64,000 nt of DNA, from positions 2,560,001-2,624,000 of the forward strand of contig OY820591.1 in the NCBI GenBank assembly GCA_963555985.3, read 5' to 3'. The DNA comes from Dehalococcoidia bacterium. GTDB taxonomy: Bacteria; Chloroflexota; Dehalococcoidia; Bin125. The position numbers and the translations under genes are program-made. The notes under the pieces are model-generated. The model was not told the origin of the DNA. It worked only from the letters and a program-made list of their open reading frames with translations, and made no database searches. Positions 46,372 to 57,144 of this stretch are shown one piece after another. Positions within the stretch are counted from its first letter, which is position 1, and the number at the start of each line of letters is the position of its first letter.

Positions 46372-48402
46372 CTAGGCGGGGTACTCAGGGTGGCTGGTGT
46401 CGAGCCAGAGTTCGTCGACCAGCTTGTGCCCGCTGTGAGCGAACTGATAGCTGTCTGCGCTCGCCTGGTACCAAGGCCAGGAAGCCTCGTTGGAGACCGG
46501 GTTCATCACGCCCGGACCGGGCGAGATGCCTTCCCAGCCCCAGTCGGGGTGAGTACCGAGCTGGATCTGGATCACTTCGTCGGCGAGCACCTTCTTGGCT
46601 TCGAGGTCGAGCGTGATCTTCATCTCTTCGGCGAGTTCGGTCACGCGCGGGTTCTCGTAGCTGTAGAAGTTCAGCGAACCGCCCGGAATCAGCCCGGCCA
46701 GCCAACGGGTTGTGGGGTCGAGATCATCGGGCGGGTTGGTCCAGCACGGAATCTGGCCCTGGAAGGTACCCTCAACCAGACGCTGGAGGAGCACGGTGTA
46801 GGGGTCGACGCCGATATCGAACTCGATCCCCATCGCCGATTCGTACATGTTCTTGCTGGTCTCGACGATGCCGGGGTAGCGCTGCTCCCAGACATCAGGC
46901 GCGAAGAGGCCGATGCTGCGTCCGGTGTCGCGGAAGCCGGTGGCGTCGACCAACTCGTTGACCATTTGCAGCTCGGCGTCGCGGTCGGGCCGGAAGCCGG
47001 GGATTTCCGAGATTGATTCCTGGTCGGGCGTCCAGAAGGTGGAGAACCAAGGAACCTCCGGCAAGACGCTGGGCTTGGCTGAGCCGAGGTAAACAGCGTC
47101 GATCATCAGGTAGCGGTCGGTGGCGATGTGGTACGCGGCCCAGAGCCGGCGGTCGACCCAGGGATTGCCGAGTCCGTCTTCGCCCTGCCAATCCGGGTTG
47201 AAGTTGCCGCGGATCATGATCGTGAAGCCGCCGCCGACCGTGTTGCGCTGCATTTGCGGGAAGTCTTCAAGCAGGCGCTCGATGATGCTGATGTCGAGCC
47301 AGGCGCCGTCGAGCTCCTTGTTGCGCACCGCCGTTTCGACCGCGGTCTGCTCAAAGAGGTTGAACAGTTCCCAACTGTCCGCGTAGGGCAACTGCTGGCC
47401 CCAGGCGTCTTGCTTCCAGTAATCCGGGTTGCGGTCGGCGACGAAGACCTCGGTCGGTTCGTAGCGCTGGGCGATGTAGGGCCCAGAGCCGGCGATGCGG
47501 AGGGTGGAAGGGTCGTCGCGCCAGACATCGGAGTCGAGACCCCATTCCTGGATGCCCTCGGGTGCGGCCATCCAGCCGAACGGACGCAGGAAGGTGGCCG
47601 AGAGATAGGTGGAGTCGATGCCGTCGGATTGGGTGAAGAGGGTCTGATCGTCGGTCGCTTCCGAGACCGCAATCTTGCGCCAACTGGAGAGGCCGAGGAA
47701 GGACCCGTCCTCGGCGCCGGTCGAGTCCGTCCCAGCGGTGAGCCGATCGACGTTGAACTTGATGTCCTGGGCCGTGATGTTGCGTCCGCCCTCGGTGGGA
47801 TAGGAGTCATGCCAGCGGGCGGCCGGGTCGATGGTAAAGATGTAGGTGGTGTCGTCGGGGATTTCGGGCAAGGCCGCGATATCCGCCTCCATCTCCGACT
47901 TTTCCTTGTTCTTCCAGCGGATCAGGTTGTTGTAGAGCATCGAGTGCATGAACTGGGTGGGGCCGAAGACGCCGCGGTGCGGATCCCAGTAGTCATGCGT
48001 CTCGATCGTGGTCGCGCGGCGTGCGACGCCGCCGTACTGCGGGACAGGGCCTTCGGCGACGGCCGCTTGCTGTTGTTGCTGCGCCTGCTGTTCGGCGGCG
48101 GCCTGCTCTTGCTGCTCAGCCTGCTGCGCCTGCTGCTCGGCGGCGGCCTGCTCTTGCTGCTGCTGGGCTTGCTGCTGAGCGGCCTGCTGCTGTTGCTGCT
48201 GCATCGCCTGCTGCTGAGCGGCCTGCTGCCGTTGCTGTTGCTGCTGGGCGACCTGGGCGACGCTGTCGTCGTCATCGTCGTCGCCGCAGCCGACCAGGGC
48301 CAGACCGGCCGCGCCGACGCCGGCGCGGCCCGAGGCGCGCAAGAGCGCCCGCCGGCTCATTCGGTTCCGCCGCATTCGCTGCCAGTAGTTGCGCTCGCTC
48401 AT
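46372..48402 (-). CDS. Family 5 ABC solute-binding Tat-lipoprotein 1
   Basis: SRRALL Tat motif, LVGC lipobox, Gln-rich linker, YGG, DPH, GSGPY, RNPDYW. Confidence 0.9.
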   Translation of the reverse strand: MSERNYWQRMRRNRMSRRALLRASGRAGVGAAGLALVGCGDDDDDDSVAQVAQQQQQRQQAAQQQAMQQQQQQAAQQQAQQQQEQAAAEQQAQQAEQQEQAAAEQQAQQQQQAAVAEGPVPQYGGVARRATTIETHDYWDPHRGVFGPTQFMHSMLYNNLIRWKNKEKSEMEADIAALPEIPDDTTYIFTIDPAARWHDSYPTEGGRNITAQDIKFNVDRLTAGTDSTGAEDGSFLGLSSWRKIAVSEATDDQTLFTQSDGIDSTYLSATFLRPFGWMAAPEGIQEWGLDSDVWRDDPSTLRIAGSGPYIAQRYEPTEVFVADRNPDYWKQDAWGQQLPYADSWELFNLFEQTAVETAVRNKELDGAWLDISIIERLLEDFPQMQRNTVGGGFTIMIRGNFNPDWQGEDGLGNPWVDRRLWAAYHIATDRYLMIDAVYLGSAKPSVLPEVPWFSTFWTPDQESISEIPGFRPDRDAELQMVNELVDATGFRDTGRSIGLFAPDVWEQRYPGIVETSKNMYESAMGIEFDIGVDPYTVLLQRLVEGTFQGQIPCWTNPPDDLDPTTRWLAGLIPGGSLNFYSYENPRVTELAEEMKITLDLEAKKVLADEVIQIQLGTHPDWGWEGISPGPGVMNPVSNEASWPWYQASADSYQFAHSGHKLVDELWLDTSHPEYPA

Positions 48403-48440
48403 CGCAATCTCCTTCTCGCGTTTTCCTCGGCGTGCGCGAA

Positions 48441-48472
48441 AGTGTAACCGATACGACAGGTTTGGTGACAAT
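48441..48472 (-). promoter_or_regulatory. Conserved upstream motif/putative sigma70 promoter of SBP1
   Basis: Minus strand TTGTCA-N19-TACACT; homologous to 50656-50687. Confidence 0.5.
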
Positions 48473-48592
48473 TGGCCTTCAGCTACTGCGCCGGCTTGAC
48501 CTGGATTGGAGCGCCACGACGACAGCGCAGGTTATGACGCGCCGCCGTCCGCGCGCGTTCGCGCTGCGGGGCCGGCGGCGGTTTAGGCGGCG

Positions 48593-50617
48593 TCAGGCCG
48601 GGTATTCGGGGTGGTCGGTGTCCAGCCAGGTGCTGAAGTGGTTGTGACCGGCGTGGGCGAACTGGAATGCGTCCTCGTTCGGGTGGTAGTAGGGCCAGCC
48701 CACGTTGTTGTTGATTGGATTCATCACGCCGATCGAGGGCGAAATGCCGTCCCAGCCATGATCAGGGTGGACGCCCATCATGAGCTGCACCACCTCGTCG
48801 GCCATCACCTTCTTCTCTTCGAGATCGAGCGTGACCTTCATCGTCTCGGCGATTTCGGTCACCCGCGGGTGCTCGTACTGATAGAGGTTGGATGAGCCGC
48901 CGGGGACGCGGCCGTTGAGCCAGGAACTGGTCGGGTCGAGGTCCGACGGTGGGTTGGTCCAACTCGGACCGTCACCGGGATAGGTACCTTCAACCAAGCG
49001 CTGGAGGATGACTGTGTAGGGCTGGAGGTCGATGTTGACCGTCAGACCCAGAGCGGACTCGTACATTCCCTTAATCGTCTCCACGATCCCTGGATAGCGC
49101 TGCTCCCAGACATCCGGCTCGATGATGTAGATCTCGCGCCCGCTGTCGCGGAAGCCGCTGGCGTCAACCAGATCGTTGGCGAGCTTGATGTCCGCATCTC
49201 GGTCGGGACGGTAGCCAGGCCAGGTGATGAGGTCATCCTCCTTCGGTGCCCAGAACGCTGAGAACCACGGAGTCTCGGGCAGTGAGGAAACCTTCGCCGA
49301 GCCAAGATAGACCGTGTCGATCATCAGATACCGGTCCGTGGCGGCATGGAATGCCGCCCACATGCGGCGATCGACCCAGGGGTTGCCTTCCCCATCCTCA
49401 CCCGGATAGTCGGGGTTGAAGTTTGAGCGGATCTGGATCGTGAATCCACCTGCGGTGGTTCGCTTGACCAGTTGCGGAAAGTCGTTGGTCAGCGCATCGG
49501 TCAGGGCGACATCGAGACCGACAGCGTCAATCTCTTTCGTCCGCATTGCTGTGTCCTGCGCCGTCGGCTCCCAGAGCTCGATGTAGTGGAACTCATCCAA
49601 GTAGGGCAGCTGTTGGCCCCAGTCGTCGTACTTCCAGAAGTCCGGGTTGCGCCGCACGATCAAGCGGTCGGTCGGCTCGAAGTACTCGGCGATGTATGGG
49701 CCCGAGCCAGCGACGCGGAGTACAGTCTGTTCGTCGCGCCAGAGGTCGGTTTTGTAGCCCCACTCGTCAATCCCCTCCGGTGCCGCAATCCAGCCGAACG
49801 GATTGAGCACGGAGGCGGAGAGGAAGGTCGAATCGACGCCGCCGGACTTGAGTGTGAGCGTGCGATCGTCGATCACCTCCGTCTCGGCGATCTTGCGCCA
49901 ACTCGAGGCGGAGAGGAACGTCGAGTCTTCAGTGCCGGTGGAGTCGAACGCATTAACCTGACGCTCAATGTTGTAGTCGATATCCGTCGCCGTGACTTCG
50001 CGCCCGCCCTCAGTCGGGAACTGGTCATGCCAGCGCGCGCCGTCAACGACGGTGAAGATGTAGGTCTCCCCATCAGGGATTTCCGGTAACTCGGCCAGGT
50101 CAGAGGCCATGATGGCCTGCTCTTTGTTGGCCCAACGGATGATGTAGTTGTAGACCCAGCCGTGCATGAACTGCGTCGGGCCGAACACGCCGCGATGCGG
50201 GTCCCAGTAGTCGTGCGTGCTTACGGGGCCGCCGAAGCGGAGCGTGCCGCCGTACTTGGGCCGCTCGCCCGCGGCCATAGCCTGCTGCTGCTGTTCTTCC
50301 TGCTGTTCGGCGACAGTCTGCTCTTGCTGCTCAGCCTGCTGCGCCTGCTGCTCAGCGGCGGCCTGCTGCTGTTGCTGCTGAGCTTGCTGCTGCGCCGCCT
50401 GCTGCTGTTGCTGCTGCTGGGCTTGCTGCTGAGCGGCCTGCTGCCGTTGCTGTTGCTGCTGGGCGACCTGGGCGACGCTGTCGTCGTCATCGTCGTCGCC
50501 GCAGCCGACCAGGGCCAGACCGGCCGCGCCGACGCCGGCGCGGCCCGAGGCGCGCAAGAGCGCCCGCCGGCTCATCCGATTCCACCGCATTCGTTGCCAG
50601 TAGTTGCGCTCGCTCAT
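48593..50617 (-). CDS. Family 5 ABC solute-binding Tat-lipoprotein 2
   Basis: Same Tat/lipobox/polyQ N-terminus; PKYGGTL, GSGPY, RNPDFW. Confidence 0.9.
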   Translation of the reverse strand: MSERNYWQRMRWNRMSRRALLRASGRAGVGAAGLALVGCGDDDDDDSVAQVAQQQQQRQQAAQQQAQQQQQQQAAQQQAQQQQQQAAAEQQAQQAEQQEQTVAEQQEEQQQQAMAAGERPKYGGTLRFGGPVSTHDYWDPHRGVFGPTQFMHGWVYNYIIRWANKEQAIMASDLAELPEIPDGETYIFTVVDGARWHDQFPTEGGREVTATDIDYNIERQVNAFDSTGTEDSTFLSASSWRKIAETEVIDDRTLTLKSGGVDSTFLSASVLNPFGWIAAPEGIDEWGYKTDLWRDEQTVLRVAGSGPYIAEYFEPTDRLIVRRNPDFWKYDDWGQQLPYLDEFHYIELWEPTAQDTAMRTKEIDAVGLDVALTDALTNDFPQLVKRTTAGGFTIQIRSNFNPDYPGEDGEGNPWVDRRMWAAFHAATDRYLMIDTVYLGSAKVSSLPETPWFSAFWAPKEDDLITWPGYRPDRDADIKLANDLVDASGFRDSGREIYIIEPDVWEQRYPGIVETIKGMYESALGLTVNIDLQPYTVILQRLVEGTYPGDGPSWTNPPSDLDPTSSWLNGRVPGGSSNLYQYEHPRVTEIAETMKVTLDLEEKKVMADEVVQLMMGVHPDHGWDGISPSIGVMNPINNNVGWPYYHPNEDAFQFAHAGHNHFSTWLDTDHPEYPA

Positions 50618-50655
50618 TGCAACTCTCCTCCTGCGTTCGCCATGACGTGCGCCGA

Positions 50656-50687
50656 ATTGTAACCCATACCACAGGTGTAGAGACAAC
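50656..50687 (-). promoter_or_regulatory. Conserved upstream motif/putative sigma70 promoter of SBP2
   Basis: Minus strand TTGTCT-N19-TACAAT; homologous to 48441-48472. Confidence 0.5.
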
Positions 50688-50793
50688 AGCGCGTCACCGC
50701 GAGTCCCACAACAGTTGAAATTCCGCTCTCTCGCTGCGTTGCAGGGGAGAGAGGAGCGGAGATTCCAACGTGCGCCGGAATGACGGACGGAGG

Positions 50794-52806
50794 TTAGGCC
50801 GGATAGTCCTCGTGGGTGGTGTCGAGCCAGGCCTCGTCGAAGAGGTGTGAGGCGTGGGCGAACTGGATCGTGTCATCGGGCCGGTGCATGTACGGCCACC
50901 AGACGCTGCGCTGGACGGCATTCATGACGCCAAAGGATGCGAAGATGCCGTCCAGACCGTGATCCGAATCGACTCCCATGCCAATCTGCTGGATTTTCCG
51001 CGCCATCGTCTTGCGCTCCTCGGTGTCGAGCGTGACCTGCATCTCCTGGACAATCTCGGAGACGGGCTCGTACTCGTAGTGCCAGAGGTTGGTGGACCCG
51101 CCAGGCAGGAGTTGACGCACCCAGTCGCCGGTGGGATCGAGGTCCGAGGGCGGGTTGGTCCACTGCGGCCCGCTTCCGGGATACGTACCGTCCTGCAGCC
51201 GCTGGAGAATGACCGTATACGGCTGAACGTCCCAGTGGATCGGAATCCCGAGCGCCTCCTCATACATCGTCTTCTCTGTTTCGAGGATGCCGGCGGAGGT
51301 CGATTCCCAGAGATCTGGGGCGATGATCGTCAGGGTTCGGTCCTTGTCGTAGCCGGTGGCGTCAATCAGTTCGCGCGCCAAAGCCACGTCGAGGTCTCGG
51401 TCTGGCCGATAACCGGGGAAGGTGATGAGCTCGTCCTGCGGGATGCCCCAAGCCGTGTTGAACCAGGGGCACATTTCGTTCGCGCTGATCTTGGCCGAGC
51501 CGAGATAGACAGCATCGATCATCAGGTAGCGATCGAGGGCCACATGGAAGGCGTAGGCGAATCGGCGATCGAGCCAGGGATTGCCCAGACCGTCTTCCCC
51601 CGGCCAATCGGGATTGAAGTTGGCCCAGTTGGTGATGATCGTGTAGCCGAAGGCGACCTCTGCCGTTGGATGTTCGGGGAAGTCCTTCGAGATTTCATCG
51701 ACCTGGAGAGCCGTGAGCGGCCAGTCGCCGTACATCAGCTCGTTGCTGCGGTAGGCGGTTTCGACCGCGGTCGGATCGGTGATCCGGTCCATGCGGAAGC
51801 CGTCAGGATAGGGAAGCATGCCGCCGTCGGCGCCCGGCTTCCAATAGTTAGAGTTGGCCACCATGTTGATCGCGATGTCGGGGTCATAGTCGACCGGGAT
51901 GTACGCGCCGGTGCCAGAGGAGAGTTCGACATTCTGCGCTTCATCGCGCCAGCGGTCGCCGAACTCGGCCATTGCCTCGGGTGATGTGATCCAGGAGAAC
52001 GGCCGCAGGATCGCGCCGAGATAGGTTGCGTCAGCGCCGTCCGTCTTGGCGATGAAGGTGGTTTCGTCGGGCGTGTCCATCGAGACGGTCTTGCGGAAGG
52101 CGTCGGCGCCGAGGAACGTGCCGTCCTCCGCGCCGGTGGCGTCGACCGCATCGATCTGGCGCTGGAAGTTGGCGACGATGTCTTGCGAGGTCACCAGCCG
52201 TCCGCCCTCAGTGGGATAACGATCCCAGAAGCTGGCACCCTGATCGAGCAGGAAGATGTATGTCTCGTTGTCGGGGATCTCGGGCAGGGCGGCGACATCG
52301 GCCTCCATGATCCCCTTCTCCTTGTTCCGCCAACGGATGAGGTAGTTCATGTACAACCCCATCCAGTACTGGACCGGACCGAAGACGCCGCGGTGCGGGT
52401 CGAAGTAGTCCATGTCCATCGGCCCGGAAAAGCGCAGCGTGCCGCCGCGGATGATGTTCGAGGCGACCGCTGCCTGCTGCTGGTCAGCCGCTTGATCGTC
52501 CGCCGTCGCTTCTTGCTGGTCGGCTTGCTCTGCCTGCTCGGCCGCCGCCTGTTGCTGCTGCTCCTGCGCCTGTTGCTCTGCCGCCTGCTGCTGTTGCCGA
52601 CCCTGAGTCTGTCGTTCGGCCGCTTGCTGTTGTTGCCGCTCTTGTTGGGCAACCTGCGAGACCGCGCCGCCGTCGTCATCGTCGTCGCCGCAGCCAACGA
52701 GTGCGAGGCCGGCAGCGCCAACCCCAGCTCGCCCCGAGGCGCGCAGGAGCGCCCGCCTGCTCATTCGGCTCCGCCGCATTCGCTGCCAGTAGTTGCGTTC
52801 CTGCAT
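50794..52806 (-). CDS. Family 5 ABC solute-binding Tat-lipoprotein 3
   Basis: SRRALL, LVGC, RGGTL, FDPH, SSGTGAY. Confidence 0.9.
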   Translation of the reverse strand: MQERNYWQRMRRSRMSRRALLRASGRAGVGAAGLALVGCGDDDDDGGAVSQVAQQERQQQQAAERQTQGRQQQQAAEQQAQEQQQQAAAEQAEQADQQEATADDQAADQQQAAVASNIIRGGTLRFSGPMDMDYFDPHRGVFGPVQYWMGLYMNYLIRWRNKEKGIMEADVAALPEIPDNETYIFLLDQGASFWDRYPTEGGRLVTSQDIVANFQRQIDAVDATGAEDGTFLGADAFRKTVSMDTPDETTFIAKTDGADATYLGAILRPFSWITSPEAMAEFGDRWRDEAQNVELSSGTGAYIPVDYDPDIAINMVANSNYWKPGADGGMLPYPDGFRMDRITDPTAVETAYRSNELMYGDWPLTALQVDEISKDFPEHPTAEVAFGYTIITNWANFNPDWPGEDGLGNPWLDRRFAYAFHVALDRYLMIDAVYLGSAKISANEMCPWFNTAWGIPQDELITFPGYRPDRDLDVALARELIDATGYDKDRTLTIIAPDLWESTSAGILETEKTMYEEALGIPIHWDVQPYTVILQRLQDGTYPGSGPQWTNPPSDLDPTGDWVRQLLPGGSTNLWHYEYEPVSEIVQEMQVTLDTEERKTMARKIQQIGMGVDSDHGLDGIFASFGVMNAVQRSVWWPYMHRPDDTIQFAHASHLFDEAWLDTTHEDYPA

Positions 52807-52978
52807 TGAATCCGCTCCATTCCTGAGACCGCGTATGCCGCAGCTTCAGCCGGTAATGGGCGAGATCATATATCAGACGCCGAGCCTTTGCACAAGGTCC
52901 CCTTCGGTCGCTGATGCCGTGGCGCTCGGCGGAGCTGTGTTTGCACGCCCCCCGCGCCGCAGGGGGCCGTGGCGGCAC

Positions 52979-54991
52979 TTAGGCGGGGTAGTCCGGGTGG
53001 TTGACGTCAATCCAGGATTCGTCGTAGCGGTGGCTGGCGTGGGCGAACTGGAGGATGTCGTCGCTGTGGTGGACGAACGGCCACCAGAGCACCGGTGAGA
53101 TGCCGTTCATCACGCCGGGGATTGTGGTGATGCCGTCCAAGCCGTGGTCGGGATGCGTGCCGAGCAGGATCCGCTGCGCGGTGTGGGACATATCCCGCCG
53201 CTTCTCGCGATCGAGCGTGACGCGCATCTCGCGGGCCAGGTCCGCCATCGGCTCATAGCCGTAGAAGAGCGTGTTGACCGAGCCCTCGGGCGTGAAGAAG
53301 TCGTTATAGGGCGCGGTCGGGTCGAGCTCGGCGGGCGGATTGCCCCACTGCGGACCGCTGCCCGGGTAAGTCCCGTCGACGAAGCGCTGGAGAATCACCG
53401 TGTAGGGTTGCACGTCGAACTCGACCTCGAGGTCAAGCGCATTGCGGTACATCCCCACTTCGGTCTCCAGCACGCCGGGATAGGTGGACTCCCAGAGGTC
53501 GGGCGCGATCATGCGCAGACCGCGGCTGCGGTCGTAGCCGGAGGCGTCGAGCAGCGCCCGCGCTTCGGCGATGTCGGTCTCGCGGTCGGGCCGGAAGCCC
53601 GGCGTCTGCAAGAGTTCCTCATCGGGAATCGCCCAATAGGTGCTGTACCAGGGCGTGTCGTGCAGGCCTGAGGGCTTGCCTGAGCCGAGATAGACCGTAT
53701 CGATCATCAGGTACGGGTCGACGGCGATACCCAGGGACTTGGCGAAGCGTCGGTCGAGCCAGGGGTTGCCCAAACCGTCCTCACCAGGCCAGTCTGGGTT
53801 GTAGTTGACCAGCGTGATGATCGTGAACCCGAACGCGATCTGGCCGTGGTTGTGGTCCGGGAAGTCTTCAACAATGCCCTCGGCCTGGAGCGTCGTGAGT
53901 GGGAAGCGCCCGTTGAGGATCTCTTTGCCGCGGTAGGCGGCGTCGATCGTGGTCGAGTCCTCCATGTTCGCCAGGGTGACGGAGTCGTAATAGGGCAGCG
54001 GTTGGCCGTCGAGCCCCATCTTCCAGTAGTCGGGGTTGCGGATCATGCTCAGGCCGATATCGGGGTCGTAGCTCTGGGGAATAAACATCCCGGTGCCGGA
54101 GGAGAGCTCGATGTTGCCCGCCTCATCGCGCCAGCGGTCGCCGAACTCACGGATCGCCTCGGGGCTGGTGATCCAGCTGAAGGGTCGCAGCGGGACGCCG
54201 ATCCAAGTCGCATCGGGGCCGTCCGTCCTAGCGACCCAGGTGGTGTCGTCGGGCACGTCCATCGAAGCGGTGCGGCGGAACGCGCCCGAGCTGAGGAAGG
54301 TGCCGTCATCGGCGCCGGTCGCATCCACCGCGTCGATCTGGCGCTGGTAGTTGACGCGGATGTCCTCGGATGTCACCAGCCGCCCGCCCTCGGTCGGATA
54401 CTGATCCCAGAAGCGCGCGCCCTGGTCAATGCTGAAGATGTAGGTCTCGTCGTCAGGAATCTCCGGCAGCGAGGCGATGTCTGGCTCGGCGAGGTCCTGT
54501 TCCTTGTTGCGATAGCGGATGAGGTAGTTCATGTAGAACCCCATCCAGAACTGGGTCGTGCCGAACACGCCGCGGCCCGGGTCGAAGTAGTCGTGCGTCG
54601 CCGCCGGCGTGGAGAAGGTCAGATCGCCGCCGCGGACGATCTCCGACACCATCGCCTGCTGTTGTTCTTCAGCATCGGCGACCGTCTGTTCCTGCTGGTC
54701 GGCCTGCTCTGCCTGCTGCTCGGCGGCCGCCTCCTGTTGCTCTTGCCGAGCTTGCTGCTGCGCGGCCTGCTGCTGTTGTCGCTGCTGGGCCTGCTGTTGC
54801 ATCGCCTGCTGTTGCTGCTGACGCTGCGCGGCGGATTGGGAAACCGACTGCTGACTGTCGTCGTCATCGTCGCCGCAGCCGACCAGCGCCAATCCGGCCG
54901 CGCCGACGCCGGCGCGACCCGAGGCGCGCAAGAGCGCACGCCTGCTCATTTGCTTCCACCGCATTCGCTGCCAGTAGTTTCGCTCACTCAT
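52979..54991 (-). CDS. Family 5 ABC solute-binding Tat-lipoprotein 4
   Basis: True start MSERNYW at 54991 (GGAGAGG upstream); SRRALL, LVGC, RNPDYW. Confidence 0.9.
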   Translation of the reverse strand: MSERNYWQRMRWKQMSRRALLRASGRAGVGAAGLALVGCGDDDDDSQQSVSQSAAQRQQQQQAMQQQAQQRQQQQAAQQQARQEQQEAAAEQQAEQADQQEQTVADAEEQQQAMVSEIVRGGDLTFSTPAATHDYFDPGRGVFGTTQFWMGFYMNYLIRYRNKEQDLAEPDIASLPEIPDDETYIFSIDQGARFWDQYPTEGGRLVTSEDIRVNYQRQIDAVDATGADDGTFLSSGAFRRTASMDVPDDTTWVARTDGPDATWIGVPLRPFSWITSPEAIREFGDRWRDEAGNIELSSGTGMFIPQSYDPDIGLSMIRNPDYWKMGLDGQPLPYYDSVTLANMEDSTTIDAAYRGKEILNGRFPLTTLQAEGIVEDFPDHNHGQIAFGFTIITLVNYNPDWPGEDGLGNPWLDRRFAKSLGIAVDPYLMIDTVYLGSGKPSGLHDTPWYSTYWAIPDEELLQTPGFRPDRETDIAEARALLDASGYDRSRGLRMIAPDLWESTYPGVLETEVGMYRNALDLEVEFDVQPYTVILQRFVDGTYPGSGPQWGNPPAELDPTAPYNDFFTPEGSVNTLFYGYEPMADLAREMRVTLDREKRRDMSHTAQRILLGTHPDHGLDGITTIPGVMNGISPVLWWPFVHHSDDILQFAHASHRYDESWIDVNHPDYPA

Positions 54992-55067
54992 GGAACCTCT
55001 CCTCGGAGCTGCATTGGTCGAACCTCGATTGCGGAAGGCTAGTGATTTTGAATCGGCCTCTCCGCCG

Positions 55068-55105
55068 CAAACAAGAGAGGGGGCGGCAACTGCCGCCCCC
55101 TCTTC
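55068..55105 (-). terminator. Rho-independent terminator after SBP5
   Basis: Minus strand AGAGGGGGCGGCA-GT-TGCCGCCCCCTCT followed by CTTGTTT. Confidence 0.7.
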
Positions 55106-55125
55106 ATACCGGCACCCAGCGGTAG

Positions 55126-57144
55126 CTAGGCCGGGTAGTCGGGGTGGGTGGTGTCGAGCCAGGCTTCGTCGTAGCGGTGTGAGGCGTGGGCGAACTGGAG
55201 CGTGTCGGCGGGGCGTTCCACGTACGGCCACCAGATCGCGGGCGAGATCCCGTTCATCACCGCCGGTGCGAAGCCGAGCCCGTCGACGCCGTGGTCGGGG
55301 TGAGTGGCGAGCAGGATGCGCTGGGCTTCGTAAGCCATGTCCCGCCGTGCTTCCCGATCGAGCGTGACCCGCATCTCCTCGGCGAGCTCGGTGAAGGGCT
55401 GGTACTCGTAGGAGAGGTTGTTGGTCGCGCCGCCGGGCGTGAGGTTCTGGAGGTAGGAGGTGGTGGGATCAAGGTCGTCGGGCGGGTTGGTCCACTGCGG
55501 GCCGCCGCCCGGGTAGGTCTTGGACACCCAGCGCTGGAGCAACACGGTGTAGGGCTGGATGTTGAAGTTGACTTCGATCCCCAGCGCCTCCTCGTACATG
55601 TTCTTCTCGGTTTCGAGGATGCCCTGGTAGGTCTGCTCCCAGATGTCGGGGGCGTAGAGGATCAGGGGACGATCCTTGTCGTATCCGGAAGCGTCGAGGT
55701 AGGCGCGGGCATCGGCGATGTCGGCGTTGCGGTCGGGCCGATAACCGGGCGTGGCGAGCAGTTCTTCCTCGGGAATCGCCCAGTACTGGTTGAACCAAGG
55801 CGTGTGTTCCTGGCCGGAGGGCTTGCCGGAGCCGAGATAGACGGCGTCGATCATGAGGTAGCGGTCAACCGCGAGGTGGAGGGCGTAGCAGAAGCGGCGG
55901 TCGAGGTAGGGATTGCCCAGACCGTCCTCGCCGGGCCAGTCGGGGTTGTAGTTGAAGATGCCGGTGATGATCGTGAAGCCGAAAGCGACCGTGCCTTGCG
56001 GGTGGTCGGGGAAGTCGGCGCCGATCGTTTCCGCCTGGAGGCTCGAGAGCGGGAAGCCGCCGACGTCGATTTCGTTGCTGCGGTAGGCGGCCTCGACGGC
56101 AGTGGGATCGGTCAGGTTCTTCATCCCGATCCCGTCCATGTAGGGCAGCGGTTGGCCGTCGGCGCCCATCTTCCAGTAGTTGTCGTTGCGCATCATGTCG
56201 AGCCCGAGATCGGGGTCGTAGTTAGTCGGGATGTAGGGGCCGGTGCCGGAGGAGAGTTCGACATTGCCGGCTTCGTCGCGCCAGCGGTCGCCGAATTCCT
56301 GGATCGCCTCGGGCGAAGTGATCCAGGAGAAGGGACGCAGGACCGGACTGCCGAGGTAGGTGGCGTCGATGCCGTCGCTCTTGGCGATGAAGATGGTCTC
56401 GTCGGGCGTCTCCATCGAGGCGGTCTTCTGGAAGGCGGACGCGCCGAGATAGGTGCCGTCAGGAGCGCCGGTGGCGTCGGTGGCGTCGATCTGGCGCTGG
56501 AAGTTCGCGCGGATGTCCTCGGAGGTGACAAGCCGGCCGCCTTCGGTGGGATATTGATCCCAGAAGCGAGCGCCGCGGTCGATGGAGAAGATGTAGGTGA
56601 CTTCGTCGGGCTGTTCGGGCAGCGAGGCAATGTCGCTCTCGAGGATGCCCTTCTCCTTGTTCTGGTAACGGATGAGGTAGTTCATGTAGAACCCCATCCA
56701 GAACTGGGTCGGGCCGAAGACCGCGCGGTGCGGGTCGAAGTAGTCGTGCGTGGCCGCCGGCGTGGAGAAGCGCAATGTGCCGCCGCGGGTGATATCGGAA
56801 GCGGCCACTTGCTGCTGCTGTTGTTCGGCGGCCTCGGCAACCGTCTGCTCTTGCTGCTCAGCTTGCTGGGCGGCCTGCTCGGCGGCTTGCTGCTGCTGCG
56901 CCTGTTGCTGCATGGCCGGCTGCTGTTGCTGCTGCTCGGCCTGCTGCTGCGCGGCGGCTTGCCGTTGCTGCTGTTGCTGCTGCGCCTGCGCCGCAGTCTG
57001 CTGACCGTCATCGTCATCGTCGCCGCAGCCGACCAGGGCCAGACCCGCCGCGCCGATGCCGGCGCGTCCCGATGCGCGCAAGAGCGCCCGCCGGCTCATC
57101 CGATTGCGCCGCATCCGTTGCCAGTAGTTGCGTTCGCTTGACAT
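55126..57144 (-). CDS. Family 5 ABC solute-binding Tat-lipoprotein 5
   Basis: SRRALL, LVGC, RGGTL, FDPH, SGTGPY. Confidence 0.9.
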   Translation of the reverse strand: MSSERNYWQRMRRNRMSRRALLRASGRAGIGAAGLALVGCGDDDDDGQQTAAQAQQQQQQRQAAAQQQAEQQQQQPAMQQQAQQQQAAEQAAQQAEQQEQTVAEAAEQQQQQVAASDITRGGTLRFSTPAATHDYFDPHRAVFGPTQFWMGFYMNYLIRYQNKEKGILESDIASLPEQPDEVTYIFSIDRGARFWDQYPTEGGRLVTSEDIRANFQRQIDATDATGAPDGTYLGASAFQKTASMETPDETIFIAKSDGIDATYLGSPVLRPFSWITSPEAIQEFGDRWRDEAGNVELSSGTGPYIPTNYDPDLGLDMMRNDNYWKMGADGQPLPYMDGIGMKNLTDPTAVEAAYRSNEIDVGGFPLSSLQAETIGADFPDHPQGTVAFGFTIITGIFNYNPDWPGEDGLGNPYLDRRFCYALHLAVDRYLMIDAVYLGSGKPSGQEHTPWFNQYWAIPEEELLATPGYRPDRNADIADARAYLDASGYDKDRPLILYAPDIWEQTYQGILETEKNMYEEALGIEVNFNIQPYTVLLQRWVSKTYPGGGPQWTNPPDDLDPTTSYLQNLTPGGATNNLSYEYQPFTELAEEMRVTLDREARRDMAYEAQRILLATHPDHGVDGLGFAPAVMNGISPAIWWPYVERPADTLQFAHASHRYDEAWLDTTHPDYPA

